Program-made: the position numbers and the translations under genes
The notes under the pieces: model-generated
Told to the model about the DNA's origin: nothing
The model's input: the letters and a program-made list of their open reading frames with translations, nothing else
The model's database searches: none
Shown here: piece after piece, positions 9,647 through 21,370 of the stretch
Position numbering within the stretch: the first letter of the stretch is position 1
How the letters are laid out: every line of letters starts with the position of its first letter
Assembly: GCA_021772755.1 (NCBI GenBank)
Contig: JAJFLJ010000083.1
Location: forward strand, 1,416-65,415
Length of the DNA: 64,000 bases
Direction: 5' to 3'
Origin: Candidatus Sumerlaeota bacterium
Lineage (GTDB): Bacteria; Sumerlaeota; Sumerlaeia; SLMS01; JAHLLQ01

Positions 9647-12048
9647 ATCTTGGCGTCGCCTTCCGCCGTCTGACGTTCGCCACCGCATTGTGGGCGTTCC
9701 TGACGCTTTGTTCCACGGGACAGCTGCATCTGCCGGTGGCCGCCGGTTTCCTCGTCGTGCTGATCGCCGCGTGGCGCCATCCCCGGCTGGGCGAGAAACT
9801 GTCGCCGAAGGTCTGGACGCTCGTCAGTCTCGTCGCCCTGGCCGGCGCCCTCTTCGGATGGTTCTTCCTCTTCCAGCGCATGTACTCGGCGACCTATCTG
9901 TTCTTCTATCTCGAACTGAACCGCCTGCTTCTCGCCAGGACCAACCGCGACTGGGCTCAGGTCTACGCGCTGACGTTCTTCCACGTTCTCGCCGCGTCGG
10001 TTTCGACGGAGGCCGTGTTCATCGCGCCGATGATCGCCGTCTATATGCTGCTCGTCATTTCCGCGATGATGGTCTTCACGATCAAGCGCGACGCGGAAAC
10101 CGCCTTCGCTCCCGCGCCGCCGGCCGGTCGCGGACGAAAGGGGGAGCCCGCCGCGAACGCGCCCATGCGCGTCGCGGGCGCGGACACCGACCGCCTTCGC
10201 CAGGTCGCCCGCTACCACTGGCTGACGCGGCGCTTCGGATGGTCGCTGACCGCGATGACGGTGTTCGTTCTGCTGGGCGGAATGGGGCTCTTCTGGCTGA
10301 TTCCCCGTTCGGCGAACAAGGCGTTCTTCTCGCCCTTCGGCCCCGACAGCAACTCCGCCCGGATGAGCGGATTCGCCGACAACGTCGAGTTCGGCGGTGT
10401 CGGCGAAATCCAGACCGACCCCGCCATCGTGATGCGCGCGGAGCCTCTTCTGGACGTCGGCGGCCGCCGGCCGGCGTTTCTTCGCGTCCGCGGGACGGCG
10501 CTCGACGACTTCAGCGGCCGCAACTGGCGCAAGTCCCCCGCCGGCGCCAACCAGCGCTTCGAGTCCACCACGGACAACACGGTCGTCTTTCGCGACGCCG
10601 AACTCCATACCAGCATGAACCCCTCCGAACGCACGATGGACTTCCGGATGACCGTCGAGCCCGAACGGTCCGGCTACATCTTCGTTCCCGACCAGCCCGT
10701 GCGCATCGTCTTCGACCGCGATCAGACGCTGGCCGTGGATACCGCGCTCGTCAGCGCCCAGCTCATCGGGTCCCGCAACTCGCAGACCACGTACACGTCC
10801 CGCGCGTTTCTTCCGGCGGACCAGATGCCCGGCGCGTTGCGCTCCGGATTCGAACCGGCGAACGAGGGCCAGGGGCTGCCTGCGGCGGTCGGGCGCCTGG
10901 GAGAGCGGTTCGTCGACGACGCGCGCGCGCTCGTCGAACGCACCTCCGGCGACCGGTCGCGACGCGACGACGACCTCTCCCCGGTCTACCTCTCCATTCC
11001 CAACTACGAGGGGCGCGACGTCGTCGCCCGCACCGCCGCCGAGTGGGTCGCCGGCCGCAACGACCCCGCCGACATCGCCGAGGCGGTCGAGAACCGCTTC
11101 AAGACGCAGTTCGACTATTCCCTGAAGAGCGACTTCTCCAACCGCGAGGACCGTCTCGCCGTGTTCCTCGACGAGGCGAAGAGCGGCCACTGCGAATACT
11201 TCGCGACCGTGATGGCGCTGATGCTGCGCGAGCGGGGAATCCCCGCCCGCATCGTGAACGGCTATCTCACCGACGAATGGATGGAGTCCGCAGGCCGGTT
11301 CATCGTCCGCCAGGAACACGCGCACTCATGGGTCGAGGCCCGCGTCGACGACAGCGGTCTCTGGCGCACGTACGACCCCACGCCGGCGTCCGGCATCGGA
11401 GCCAACAGAACGGGCCAGTCCCTCTACCGGTGGTGGAGCCGCAGCATCGACGCCGCGAAGCTCTACTGGTACGAGTCCGTGATCGACTACAACATGGAGG
11501 ACCAGCGGAGCGGATTCCGCGCGGTGCTGGCGGGACTCGCGCGCGCCAGCGAGAAGACGCAGTTGGGTCTGCGGAACATGCGCCGGTGGTGGTCGGGGTC
11601 CGCGGAGGACGGGGAGAGCGGCGCGAAGTCGCTGATCCCGCGCATGGCTGCGGGCGCGCTCGGTCTTGCCGTTCTCGCGGGGCTGGTGTTTCTCGTTCGC
11701 CTGCGCCCCGGGCTCTTCGCGAGAAGGCGCAGAGACGACGATGCGCCCGTCGTTCGCGACGACCTGAAGCCGTACATCGAACTGCTACTCGAAGCCGAGC
11801 GGGTCTTTCCGCGCGCGCCGGCGGTCACGCCCCGCGCGTGGGCGCGAACCGTCGCGGCGGAACCCTCGCTCTCCGGGTTCGTTCCCCTCACCGACGCGTA
11901 CTATCGCGCGCGCTTCGAGGGCGTTCCCTTCGACGACGGCCTGCGGGAGACGATTCGCACGCTGCGGGACCAGGTTCGCGAACGGCGCGCATCCACCCGC
12001 CGCACGAGCCGTTCGGGCACCGTTCGCAAGCCGGACGCCGCGCAATGA
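9643..12048 (+). CDS. Transglutaminase-like membrane protein (TgpA/DUF3488 family)
   Basis: GTG start overlapping the DUF58 stop (GTGA). N-terminal multi-TM region. Transglutaminase core with Cys (AKSGHCEYFATVMALMLRERGIPARIVNGY) and downstream HAWVE...D. Confidence 0.8.
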   Translation: MNLGVAFRRLTFATALWAFLTLCSTGQLHLPVAAGFLVVLIAAWRHPRLGEKLSPKVWTLVSLVALAGALFGWFFLFQRMYSATYLFFYLELNRLLLARTNRDWAQVYALTFFHVLAASVSTEAVFIAPMIAVYMLLVISAMMVFTIKRDAETAFAPAPPAGRGRKGEPAANAPMRVAGADTDRLRQVARYHWLTRRFGWSLTAMTVFVLLGGMGLFWLIPRSANKAFFSPFGPDSNSARMSGFADNVEFGGVGEIQTDPAIVMRAEPLLDVGGRRPAFLRVRGTALDDFSGRNWRKSPAGANQRFESTTDNTVVFRDAELHTSMNPSERTMDFRMTVEPERSGYIFVPDQPVRIVFDRDQTLAVDTALVSAQLIGSRNSQTTYTSRAFLPADQMPGALRSGFEPANEGQGLPAAVGRLGERFVDDARALVERTSGDRSRRDDDLSPVYLSIPNYEGRDVVARTAAEWVAGRNDPADIAEAVENRFKTQFDYSLKSDFSNREDRLAVFLDEAKSGHCEYFATVMALMLRERGIPARIVNGYLTDEWMESAGRFIVRQEHAHSWVEARVDDSGLWRTYDPTPASGIGANRTGQSLYRWWSRSIDAAKLYWYESVIDYNMEDQRSGFRAVLAGLARASEKTQLGLRNMRRWWSGSAEDGESGAKSLIPRMAAGALGLAVLAGLVFLVRLRPGLFARRRRDDDAPVVRDDLKPYIELLLEAERVFPRAPAVTPRAWARTVAAEPSLSGFVPLTDAYYRARFEGVPFDDGLRETIRTLRDQVRERRASTRRTSRSGTVRKPDAAQ

Positions 12049-12108
12049 GACTTGCTGCCGCGCGCGGTCGCTGCTGATCTCGCCCCACCCGCCGCAAGGA
12101 TTCCGCCC

Positions 12109-12972
12109 ATGTCCGAGTTCAGCCTCCCCCAGCACCTGACGACCTGCCGCGAGTTCCGCATCGGCAACGTGCCCGTCGGCGGCGCGAACCCGATGGTGCT
12201 GATCGCCGGGCCCTGCGTGATCGAGAGCCTTGCCCACACGGTCGAAATCGCGGGACGCATCAAGGAGATCGCTCAGCGCACCGGCGTGCCGCTCGTCTTC
12301 AAGGCGTCCTACGACAAGGCCAACCGCAGTTCCAAGTCCTCCTATCGCGGTCCCGGTCTGGCGAAGGGGCTCGACATCCTGGGCGAAGCCGCCGAGGCGC
12401 ACGGCCTTCCGATCCTGACGGACGTTCACAGGGAGGAGGAGGCGTCGGCCGCCGCCGACGTCTGCGACATCCTCCAGATTCCCGCGTTTCTCTGCCGCCA
12501 GACGGACTTCGTCCAGGCCGTCGGCCGCGCCGGAAAACCCGTCAACGTGAAGAAGGCGCAGTTCATCGCGCCCGAGGACGTCGGCAACATCGTGGCGAAA
12601 CTGAACGAGGTCGGGTGCCACGACATTCTGCTCACCGAACGCGGAACGAGCTTCGGCTACCGCAACCTGGTGTCGGACTTTCGCGCGCTTCCGACGATGC
12701 AGAAGCTCACCGGCCTGCCGGTGTGCTTCGACGCGACCCACAGCGTGCAGCAGCCCGGCGGGCTCGGCGACGCCACCGGCGGAAAGCGCGAGTTCGTGCC
12801 GGTGCTTGCCCGCGCCGCCTGCGCCGTCGGCGTCAACGCGCTCTTCATGGAAGTGCACGAAGACCCCGCCAAGGCCCTCAGCGACGGCCCCAACGTCGTG
12901 CCGCTGGAGGAACTGGAATCGGTGCTCGGTGTCTGTGCCGCCATCGACCGCGCGCTGCGAAACGCCGGATAG
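12109..12972 (+). CDS. kdsA: 3-deoxy-8-phosphooctulonate synthase (KDO8P synthase)
   Basis: Near full-length match to the KdsA pattern (PCVIES, FKASYDKANRSS, LTDVH, QIPAFLCRQTD, FDATHSVQ). Confidence 0.9.
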   Translation: MSEFSLPQHLTTCREFRIGNVPVGGANPMVLIAGPCVIESLAHTVEIAGRIKEIAQRTGVPLVFKASYDKANRSSKSSYRGPGLAKGLDILGEAAEAHGLPILTDVHREEEASAAADVCDILQIPAFLCRQTDFVQAVGRAGKPVNVKKAQFIAPEDVGNIVAKLNEVGCHDILLTERGTSFGYRNLVSDFRALPTMQKLTGLPVCFDATHSVQQPGGLGDATGGKREFVPVLARAACAVGVNALFMEVHEDPAKALSDGPNVVPLEELESVLGVCAAIDRALRNAG

Positions 12973-12982
12973 AACGAAAGCC

Positions 12983-13690
12983 CTACGTCAGCTTCTCGCC
13001 CATGGCGGCCATGAAGTCCTCGAAGGACATCGTCTGGTCGAAGGGAACGTCGTGCTTGCGGGCGAGACTCGCCGCCGTGTGGTAGACTTCCATCGTCAGG
13101 TTCCAGTCGGCGCGAAGCGATTCCGGAGTCGGCTTCGACGCCTCGGAGGGGGGCGGGGGTTCCGGCGCCGGTGCCGCGACGGGTTCCTTCTCCAGGTCGT
13201 CGGCGGAGGGGATCGGAATCTCCTCTTCCGACGGATCGTTCAGGGCCGCGGCGCTGAACCGGCGGACCTTCATCAGAAGCGAGGGACGGTACGTCAGGCG
13301 GTTGCCGAACAGCAGGCGGTCGATCACGTCTCCGGCCTCGATGGCTTCGCGATAGTCGCGAAGCGCCTCGGCCTTGTCCCAGCGGTACGGGATCAGATTC
13401 GTCGCGCCTTCGCGCTGAAGGTTCTCCCACAACTGCCCGATCGGGCTCAGCAGCATGATGGCCCCGCCGTGCTGCTTGAGAAGCCGGTGGCACCAGAGCA
13501 GATCGACGACGGCCATGCGGTCGGGGAAGTCGGCGTTGGCGAGATCGAAGAGAACGTACAGGAGCTTCTGAGAGCGCGACTTCTCCAGGACGAACTGGCG
13601 AAAGGACTTCGCGGGACCGGGATCGGGGTCCGCCAGGGGATCGACTTCGAGAATGTCTATCTTGCCGTCGCGCGACCAGACGAGCTTCAT
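12983..13690 (-). CDS. STAS-domain-like protein (anti-sigma antagonist fold) with a Pro/Glu-rich C-terminal extension
   Basis: MKLVWSRDGKIDILEV...KLLYVLFDLANADFPDRMAVVDLLW...GGAIMLLSPIGQLWENL fits the STAS pattern. Start chosen at the internal ATG after the R-rich shadow region. Confidence 0.4.
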   Translation of the reverse strand: MKLVWSRDGKIDILEVDPLADPDPGPAKSFRQFVLEKSRSQKLLYVLFDLANADFPDRMAVVDLLWCHRLLKQHGGAIMLLSPIGQLWENLQREGATNLIPYRWDKAEALRDYREAIEAGDVIDRLLFGNRLTYRPSLLMKVRRFSAAALNDPSEEEIPIPSADDLEKEPVAAPAPEPPPPSEASKPTPESLRADWNLTMEVYHTAASLARKHDVPFDQTMSFEDFMAAMGEKLT

Positions 13691-13782
13691 GGGAAGGACT
13701 CCGCAGTGGGGGGGAACCGGGCGGCACCCTGGCGGCGGCGCCCGCAGCCGTCGAGTCCAATTCCCTCCGGCGGGTCGGCGCC

Positions 13783-13980
13783 TCACTTCACGACGATGTA
13801 GAATTCCACGGCGGCGGCCACCAGGGCGATGACGACGGCCGCGATCCAGGCGACGAGCCGGAGCCGGTTGTTGGCGGCCGTCTTCTCGTCCTGCTCGTCG
13901 CCGCCCCCGCTCATCGAGTAGACGATGAACAGAAAGAAGCCGATGAGAACGATGGAGCCGATGAAGAGAATGGGAAGCAA
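13783..13980 (-). CDS. Small two-helix membrane protein (65 aa), hypothetical
   Basis: Two clear hydrophobic helices and coding-like third-position GC. Sits upstream of the STAS gene in the same orientation. Confidence 0.35.
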   Translation of the reverse strand: MLPILFIGSIVLIGFFLFIVYSMSGGGDEQDEKTAANNRLRLVAWIAAVVIALVAAAVEFYIVVK

Positions 13981-14044
13981 CGCACGCGCCCTCCGGGGCG
14001 ATGCGAAAGCCTAGCCCCGGCCCGCCGGGCCGCAAGCGCGGATG

Positions 14045-14995
14045 TCACGCGCTCTCCCCGTCGGAGAGCCACGCCCCCGTTTCCGCGACCAGCGCGCGCC
14101 AGAACCGCCGAATCAGCCAGATTTCCAGCGGCACCACGATTCCGAACCAGACCGCGTTTCCCGTCAGAAGGTCCAGGGACGGGTTCATCGCAAAGCGGAA
14201 CAGAACGCGGTCGGGCAGGAGCATCGACGCGCCCGTCCACGCCCATCCTGCGGCGGCGATAGGAATTCCCACCAGCGCGACGCGGCCAAGACCGGCGAAG
14301 GTCGCGTGCAGCGCGTCGCGGCGAAACAGATACGCGCGCATGGCGATCAGCACCACCAGCGCGGAGTAGAGAAAGTCCTCCAGCAGTCCGAGCACCGCCA
14401 CGGGCAATGCGCTGGAAACGACGACCTGGCGCCCGTTCGGCGGCGGGGCCGGTCGCGCCGCGCGGTATGGCTGCGATACGGGAACGCCCTCTTCCGCGTC
14501 CTCGAACCCGAACTCGTGGAAGAACGACTCCGTATCGGCGGCGTCCGCCGGCGGTACCGGTTTCGGCGGCAGAAACGGAACGGTCGCGACGGTATGGAAC
14601 GTGGGATCGCGGACCAGCGCTCCGTAGCTGATCCACCAGCCGAGCACGTTCAAAGCCATCAGCACCGCGAGGGGCACCGCCACTTTGCCTGCGACGATCT
14701 CCGCAGGCGTCAGGAAGCGGACCGCCAGGTCCTCGCGCAGCCGGTGCCACTTCGTTTCGCCCGCGCTGCGACAGACCATGAAGAACGCGATGACCAGGTC
14801 GGCGCGCACGAGCATGTTCAGCGTGTCGAGAATCGCGATCTGCCAGAAGCCCATTCCGAACGTGGCGGCGGGAAACGCGCGCCGGGTCACCCAGGTCAGC
14901 GACGCCCAGACCAGAACGATCAGCGCCATCCAGACGGGCCACCGCCGGAGAAAGCGGATCCACTCTCTGCGCAGGATGGGGTTGTCCGCCAGCAT
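14045..14995 (-). CDS. Polytopic integral membrane protein, unknown function
   Basis: Start MLADNPILRREW at 14995 is in frame with the long ORF. At least six hydrophobic segments. Downstream of thiD on the same strand. Confidence 0.5.
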   Translation of the reverse strand: MLADNPILRREWIRFLRRWPVWMALIVLVWASLTWVTRRAFPAATFGMGFWQIAILDTLNMLVRADLVIAFFMVCRSAGETKWHRLREDLAVRFLTPAEIVAGKVAVPLAVLMALNVLGWWISYGALVRDPTFHTVATVPFLPPKPVPPADAADTESFFHEFGFEDAEEGVPVSQPYRAARPAPPPNGRQVVVSSALPVAVLGLLEDFLYSALVVLIAMRAYLFRRDALHATFAGLGRVALVGIPIAAAGWAWTGASMLLPDRVLFRFAMNPSLDLLTGNAVWFGIVVPLEIWLIRRFWRALVAETGAWLSDGESA

Positions 14996-15021
14996 TGCCC
15001 CGCCGGATCGAACGCGCGGCG

Positions 15022-15840
15022 CTATCCGTCCGCGCGCTCCCAGAGATGATTCACGGGACCGGTCCCGCCGCCGATTTCGAATGCGCACTCCATCGCGCGG
15101 CGCAGCCATTCGCGCGCGTCGCGCACCGCATCCACCAGCGAAAGACCGAGTCCCAGGTTCGACGCGATCGCCGCGCTCAGCGTGCAGCCCGTTCCGTGGG
15201 TGTGGCGCGCGTCCAGGCGCGCGCCGTCGAAGACCGTCAGCCCGCCCGGTTCCCAGAGCACGTCCACCGCGCGGTCGGTTTCGGAAAGGTGGCCCCCCTT
15301 TACGAGAACGGCGCGACTGCCGAGTCTGCCGAGCTCGCCCGCCGCCGCCTTCGCGTCCTCCACCGTCCGGACCTCCCGCCCAAGAAGAACCGCCGCCTCC
15401 TCCGCGTTGGGCGTGATCAGGCGCGCCATGGGAATCAGCCGCCTGGTCAGCGCGCCGATCGCGTCGTCGCGCAGCAGCTTGTGCCCGCTCTTCGAGACCA
15501 TCACGGGGTCGACCACGAGGTTCGGCACGGCGAAGACGGCGCACCGGTCCGCCACCGTCTCGATGGTGTCGGCGCGCGAGAGCATGCCCGTCTTCGCCGC
15601 GTCGCATCCGATGTCGGAGAGCACGGCGTCGAGCTGCGCGCGGACGAACTCCGCCGGCGCGTCGTGAATGGCCTGGACCCCGCGCGTGTTCTGGGCGGTG
15701 AGCGCCACGACGGCGCTCAGCCCGTAGCACCCGTGCGCCATGATGGTCTTCAGGTCCGCCTGAATGCCGGCGCCGCCGCCGGAATCGCTGCCGGCGATGG
15801 TGAGGATTCTGCGAATCGGTCTGGTCAAAGGGGATGCCAC
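15022..15840 (-). CDS. thiD: Hydroxymethylpyrimidine/phosphomethylpyrimidine kinase
   Basis: ILTIAGSDSGGGAGIQADLKT...VVDPVMVSKSG...LITPNAEEAAVL...VLVKGGH...HGTGCTLSAAIAS. GTG start. Confidence 0.9.
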   Translation of the reverse strand: MASPLTRPIRRILTIAGSDSGGGAGIQADLKTIMAHGCYGLSAVVALTAQNTRGVQAIHDAPAEFVRAQLDAVLSDIGCDAAKTGMLSRADTIETVADRCAVFAVPNLVVDPVMVSKSGHKLLRDDAIGALTRRLIPMARLITPNAEEAAVLLGREVRTVEDAKAAAGELGRLGSRAVLVKGGHLSETDRAVDVLWEPGGLTVFDGARLDARHTHGTGCTLSAAIASNLGLGLSLVDAVRDAREWLRRAMECAFEIGGGTGPVNHLWERADG

Positions 15841-15841
15841 G

Positions 15842-16681
15842 TCAGTGCGCGAGATCGGTCAGGTCGGCCGGCGGCGCGACCCGTTCGGGACGAACGCCGA
15901 ACTCCAGCCCGTCCCAGGCCAGTTCCATGCCGTCCGGCAGCATCGCGTTCGTCTCGTTGTGTTCCAGGTGGTGGGTCATGTGAACGAACCATGTGCGCTC
16001 TGCCGCGATTTCCCGCGCGACGGCGACCGCCTCCTCCACGTTGAAGTGCGTCGAGTGCTTCTTGTGCCGCAGGGCGTTGAGCACCAGCGTCCGCACCCCG
16101 CGCATCAGGTCCAGCGATTCCGGGGCGATGGCGCTCGCGTCGGTGACGTAGGCGAAATCTCCGAACCGGTAGCCCAGGATCGGCTGGCTGCCGTGCATGA
16201 CGGGAATGGGGACGATGCGCAGGCCGAGGAACTCGAAGGCGCCCTTCACCTCGATCAGGTCCAGCGACGCCACGCCCCCGCCCTCCGAAGGCGGGTCGAA
16301 GATATAGTCGAACCGGCGGCGGATATCGGCCAGCACCGCCGGCAGTCCGTACACGGGGAGCGAATGGCGCTGGCGGAAGTTGTAGAGTCGCAGATCGTCG
16401 ATGCCGCCGGTGTGGTCGTAGTGGGCGTGCGTCATGACGACGCCGTCGAGGCGGTCGATGCGGTGGGTGAGCGCCTGCTGGCGGTAGTCCGGTCCGCAAT
16501 CGACGACGAAGGCGCGGGCCGTTTCGGCGGGGCCCTCCTCCCGCAACAGCAGACCCGAGCGCAGGCGCGTGTTCTTCGGGTCGTCCGAGAGGCACGCCGC
16601 CTCCCTGCACCCGATCGGGGGAACGCCCGTCGAAGTGCCGGAGCCCAGAATGGTCGCGCGCCAGGGGAGTGGTTCGGTCAT
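15842..16681 (-). CDS. MBL-fold metallo-hydrolase (PhnP/RNase Z-like)
   Basis: HAHYDHTGG motif and downstream His/Asp ligands (VMHGSQPILGYRF, HMTHH). Confidence 0.8.
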   Translation of the reverse strand: MTEPLPWRATILGSGTSTGVPPIGCREAACLSDDPKNTRLRSGLLLREEGPAETARAFVVDCGPDYRQQALTHRIDRLDGVVMTHAHYDHTGGIDDLRLYNFRQRHSLPVYGLPAVLADIRRRFDYIFDPPSEGGGVASLDLIEVKGAFEFLGLRIVPIPVMHGSQPILGYRFGDFAYVTDASAIAPESLDLMRGVRTLVLNALRHKKHSTHFNVEEAVAVAREIAAERTWFVHMTHHLEHNETNAMLPDGMELAWDGLEFGVRPERVAPPADLTDLAH

Positions 16682-16774
16682 GGCGTCGGCATCGGGCCCG
16701 AGTCGGCGGATCGCGTAAAGTGGAAACAGGACAAGGAGCTTGCCACTGCGGCGGGCGCCCCGCAGCGTGGAGTC

Positions 16775-17551
16775 ATGTTCGTGCGCGCCTGGAAAACCGT
16801 CGAGAGTTCCTTCGAACGCCTCTTCACCGTCTGCGGGGGGGTCGTGATCTGTCTCGTGTGCGCGGTCGCGGCCTTTCGGCTGCGGGGAACGGACCTGCGC
16901 CGGCTTCTGCGCCAGATGGTCTTCATCGGCGTCCAGACCTTTCCCATCGCCATCGTGTTCGGACTGTTCACGGGCATGATCTTCTCCCTGAACCTGGGGC
17001 TTCCGCTGATGGACTTCGGCGTCGAGGACCGCATCGGCACGGCGCTCGGGGTCTCCCTGGTCCGCGAGCTCGCGCCGGTCTTCACCGCGTTCATCCTGGC
17101 GGCGAGGGTCGGCGCCTCCATCGCGGCGGAGCTCGGCACCATGTCCGTCTCCGAGGAGATCGACTCGCTGCGCGTGATGGGGATCGACCCGAACCGCTAT
17201 CTCGCCATGCCGCGCATCGTCGGGGCGATTCTGATCAGCCCGCTCCTGACGGTCTACTCCTGCGCCGCGGGAATGATCGGCGGACTGCTCCTCGCGCGCT
17301 CCTACTTCAACGTCGGCAGCACGATGTTCTGGACGCGCGTTCTGGAGTCCGTGGACATGAAGGAAATCTCCACGGGTCTTCTCAAGGCCGTCGTGTTCGC
17401 CGCCCTCTATTCCTCGATCTGCGTGTACTTCGGGATGACGACGCGCGGCGGTGCGGAGGGCGTCGGCCGCTCGACGACGCGCGCGGTCGTCGTGTCGCTC
17501 TCGGCGATTCTCGTCGCGGACTTCCTTCTGACGCGCGCGCTCTTCGGCTGA
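16775..17551 (+). CDS. mlaE: MlaE/YrbE-family ABC transporter permease
   Basis: 259 aa, with FIGVQTFPIAIVFGLFTGMIFSLNLG...VRELAPVFTAFILAARVGASIAAELGTMSVSEEIDSLRVMGIDP, diagnostic of MlaE. No adjacent mlaF or mlaD. Confidence 0.8.
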   Translation: MFVRAWKTVESSFERLFTVCGGVVICLVCAVAAFRLRGTDLRRLLRQMVFIGVQTFPIAIVFGLFTGMIFSLNLGLPLMDFGVEDRIGTALGVSLVRELAPVFTAFILAARVGASIAAELGTMSVSEEIDSLRVMGIDPNRYLAMPRIVGAILISPLLTVYSCAAGMIGGLLLARSYFNVGSTMFWTRVLESVDMKEISTGLLKAVVFAALYSSICVYFGMTTRGGAEGVGRSTTRAVVVSLSAILVADFLLTRALFG

Positions 17552-17785
17552 CCGGCAAGCCCCCGGGCAACACCGTCTTCACGATCCGCGCGCAGACCGG
17601 GCCACTGGATGCTGGCCATCGGGCAGTCGAACGGTCCTTGGAACCGGAACGCGCACCCGCGACGGGTGAACGTCGACGCTTCGGGGTCCACCCCGCGAGG
17701 ACCGTATCGATGAAGACGAAGATGAACGTCCGAGCTTTCGAACGAACAACGAGTAGCGCACGACTCGTCACTCGTCCGAATGGCG

Positions 17786-19273
<1,488 letters not shown>

Positions 19274-19291
19274 TTCGGCAGGGCCTCTTCG

Positions 19292-19783
19292 TCAGAAATG
19301 GGTCGGCGGTCGTCTGGCTCTCGTTTCGAGCGCCAGCAGCGTCCGCAGCACGGCGCCGAACGTCAGCCGCTCGCGGTTCGGCTCGCTGAACCATTCGGGG
19401 TCCTGGCCCAGACTCTCCATCAGCCAGGGCGAGTGGAAGTTTCCCGTCCACCGGTGGAGCGCCAGCTCCTCCATGTCGGCGAGGCGAAGCGAGACCACCC
19501 AGGACTCCAGGCTGAACAGCGGCAGCAGCGGGGAAGGGAAGAAATTGTAGTCGGAGAACTCCAGCGACTGGACGTCGGCGAAGCGGATCGTGCGCACGTT
19601 GCGCTGGAGGAAGAAGAACGTGTCCGCGATCTCGATGGTCTCGCTCTGCGGATCGATGCGCACGTTGCGGCGGGCAAGACCCAGCGTCATCGCCAGCTGG
19701 AGCATGGACGGCTGGGTGACCAGACATCCGTCCGCCGAATCCACGACGGGTCCAAAGCAGAGGTGGCGAAGAAGAGGCGGCAT
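19292..19783 (-). CDS. Hypothetical protein (164 aa) co-oriented upstream of the kinase
   Basis: In-frame ATG at 19783 after the R-rich shadow prefix. No recognisable motif. Confidence 0.35.
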   Translation of the reverse strand: MPPLLRHLCFGPVVDSADGCLVTQPSMLQLAMTLGLARRNVRIDPQSETIEIADTFFFLQRNVRTIRFADVQSLEFSDYNFFPSPLLPLFSLESWVVSLRLADMEELALHRWTGNFHSPWLMESLGQDPEWFSEPNRERLTFGAVLRTLLALETRARRPPTHF

Positions 19784-19785
19784 CC

Positions 19786-21297
19786 GTGGTCGTTTCGTAT
19801 GGCCACGACGGTCTCCGGCGGCGAAAGCTCTGTCAACAGAGAGGAGCGCCCGCCCCGTTGGACCGGATTCGACAGCTCGCCCGCGACCCCTTCGCCGTCG
19901 GCCTCGCCGCACTGCTTCTCCTGGCATTCGCCTGGTTCGAGTGGGTGACCTGGACCCAGTATCAGTCCAACCGCGTCTTTCTGGCGGACGCCGGGAAGTT
20001 CGACTTCATCTGCTCCGGCCTCCGCCACGGCAACTTTCTGCGCGAACCCCTCTACTGGAACCTGGACGTCAACTACTTCGCCGGCCACTTCCGGCCGGTG
20101 CTGCTGCTTCTGATGCCGCTGTACTTCCTCGCCGACGGCGCGATGACGTTCCTGACGGCCATGAACGCGGCGATCGTGCTGGGAGCCCTCCCCCTGACCC
20201 TCTTCGCCCGCGATCTGCTGCGGTCGCGCGCCCTCGCACTGGCCGTCGCCGCGGCGTACCTCTCCAACCACTTCACGGCGTCCCTCCATCTCGCCATCCA
20301 TCCCGAATCCCTCGCCCTTCCCGGCATGTTCGGGATGTTCCTGGCCGTCCAAAGACGCCGTCCCGTCCTGTACGGCGCCTGCATGGCGTGGGCGCTGCTG
20401 GCGAAGGAGGACTACGCCATCTGGACGGGTCTCTTCGGGCTCTCCCTGCTGGTGGAACCGCAGAGGGACCTGCGCCGCTGGGCGCTCGCGACGGTCGCCG
20501 CAGCCGTCGCCTGGTGGGTCATCGCCCATGCCGCGATGCACGCCTCCGGCGCGCCACTGCTGCGGTCCATCGGCGACCAGCCCCTCTCGCGTTTCGCCTC
20601 CATGGGAGACACCAAGGGCGAGGTCCTTCTCCACATGGCGACGCACCCCCTCGCGATGGCGGGCCGGCTGTTCGCCCCGGCGCTTCTGGCTGTACTCGCC
20701 TCGACGGCGTTTCTCGCGCTCGCCGACTGGCGCGCGTTCTGGCTGACCATCGCGTCCGCAGGAGTCTTCATCGTCACCGACGACCCGCTCGTCAGCGACC
20801 TCGCGTACTACTACAGCTACCCCGCCATCCCCTTTCTCTTCTACAACACCGTGCGCGGCATGGCGAACGTTTGCGCCGCCAGGCGCGTTCCCCCGGAAAC
20901 CGCCGCCCGCGTCCTGACCATTCTCTTCGCGCTTGTCGCCCTCGCGTCCGTTCCGCTCCGGACGCGAACGGACGGATATCGCCGTTTCGGGTTTCCCGTC
21001 ACCGACCACCACCGGCTTCTGCCGGAGGTCGCCGACAACATCCCCCCCGACGCACCCGTCGCCGTGCAGTACGACCTCTACGCGCGCGTCTCCAACCGCC
21101 CCGTCAAGCTCCCGCTGCGCCTGGCGTGGCTCGACGACGTGGAGTGGGTTCTGCTGGATGTGAACGGACGAATGTCGGATCTGGTCGGCGAGGAAAAGCG
21201 CGAAGAGCGCGAGGAGCTCTTTCGCCGGCTGGAATCCCCCGAGTTCGAGACGGTACTCGCGATCGACGGCTACGTCGTCCTCCGCCGCCCGGAGTAG
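19786..21297 (+). CDS. DUF2079-family polytopic membrane protein; start codon uncertain
   Basis: About 12 hydrophobic segments, including [15 protein letters not shown]. The ATG at 19786 is only 2 bp from the divergent start at 19783, so the true start is probably an internal GTG/TTG. Confidence 0.55.
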   Translation: MVVSYGHDGLRRRKLCQQRGAPAPLDRIRQLARDPFAVGLAALLLLAFAWFEWVTWTQYQSNRVFLADAGKFDFICSGLRHGNFLREPLYWNLDVNYFAGHFRPVLLLLMPLYFLADGAMTFLTAMNAAIVLGALPLTLFARDLLRSRALALAVAAAYLSNHFTASLHLAIHPESLALPGMFGMFLAVQRRRPVLYGACMAWALLAKEDYAIWTGLFGLSLLVEPQRDLRRWALATVAAAVAWWVIAHAAMHASGAPLLRSIGDQPLSRFASMGDTKGEVLLHMATHPLAMAGRLFAPALLAVLASTAFLALADWRAFWLTIASAGVFIVTDDPLVSDLAYYYSYPAIPFLFYNTVRGMANVCAARRVPPETAARVLTILFALVALASVPLRTRTDGYRRFGFPVTDHHRLLPEVADNIPPDAPVAVQYDLYARVSNRPVKLPLRLAWLDDVEWVLLDVNGRMSDLVGEEKREEREELFRRLESPEFETVLAIDGYVVLRRPE

Positions 21298-21370
21298 CCC
21301 AGGCGCGCGGACGTTTCCCTCGCCACGGGGCGCGAATCCTGCTTCCCTGGACGTCCGAGGTTTCCGCCCC

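Noticed and set aside
8416-12077. Very long ORFs (1210 aa from 8416; 876 aa from 9447) and similar R-rich ORFs on both strands (for example 6584-9688, 9154-11325, 16669-17862, 17382-18593, 26677-28047 N-part, 36244-37683, 37934-39754, 43848-45224 N-part, 55339-56940)
   Set aside because: Only the C-terminal 802 aa of the 8416 ORF (from the GTG at 9643) has protein-like composition (TgpA). The remainder, and the other listed ORFs, are poly-Arg/Pro/Gly shadow frames of real genes in high-GC DNA.
16682-16774. TPP riboswitch upstream of the MBL-thiD transcription unit
   Set aside because: No CUGAGA / ACCUGAUCUGGAUAAUGCCAGCG-like conserved segments on the minus strand.
19783-19790. Divergent start codons of the 164-aa hypothetical gene and the DUF2079 gene only 2 bp apart
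   Set aside because: Not a real bidirectional promoter of zero length; more likely the DUF2079 start is an internal GTG/TTG. Flagged in the feature rather than as a finding.
21298-21370. LexA/SOS box upstream of uvrB
   Set aside because: No CTGT-N8-ACAG or GAAC-N4-GTTC-like dyad found in the 73-bp leader.
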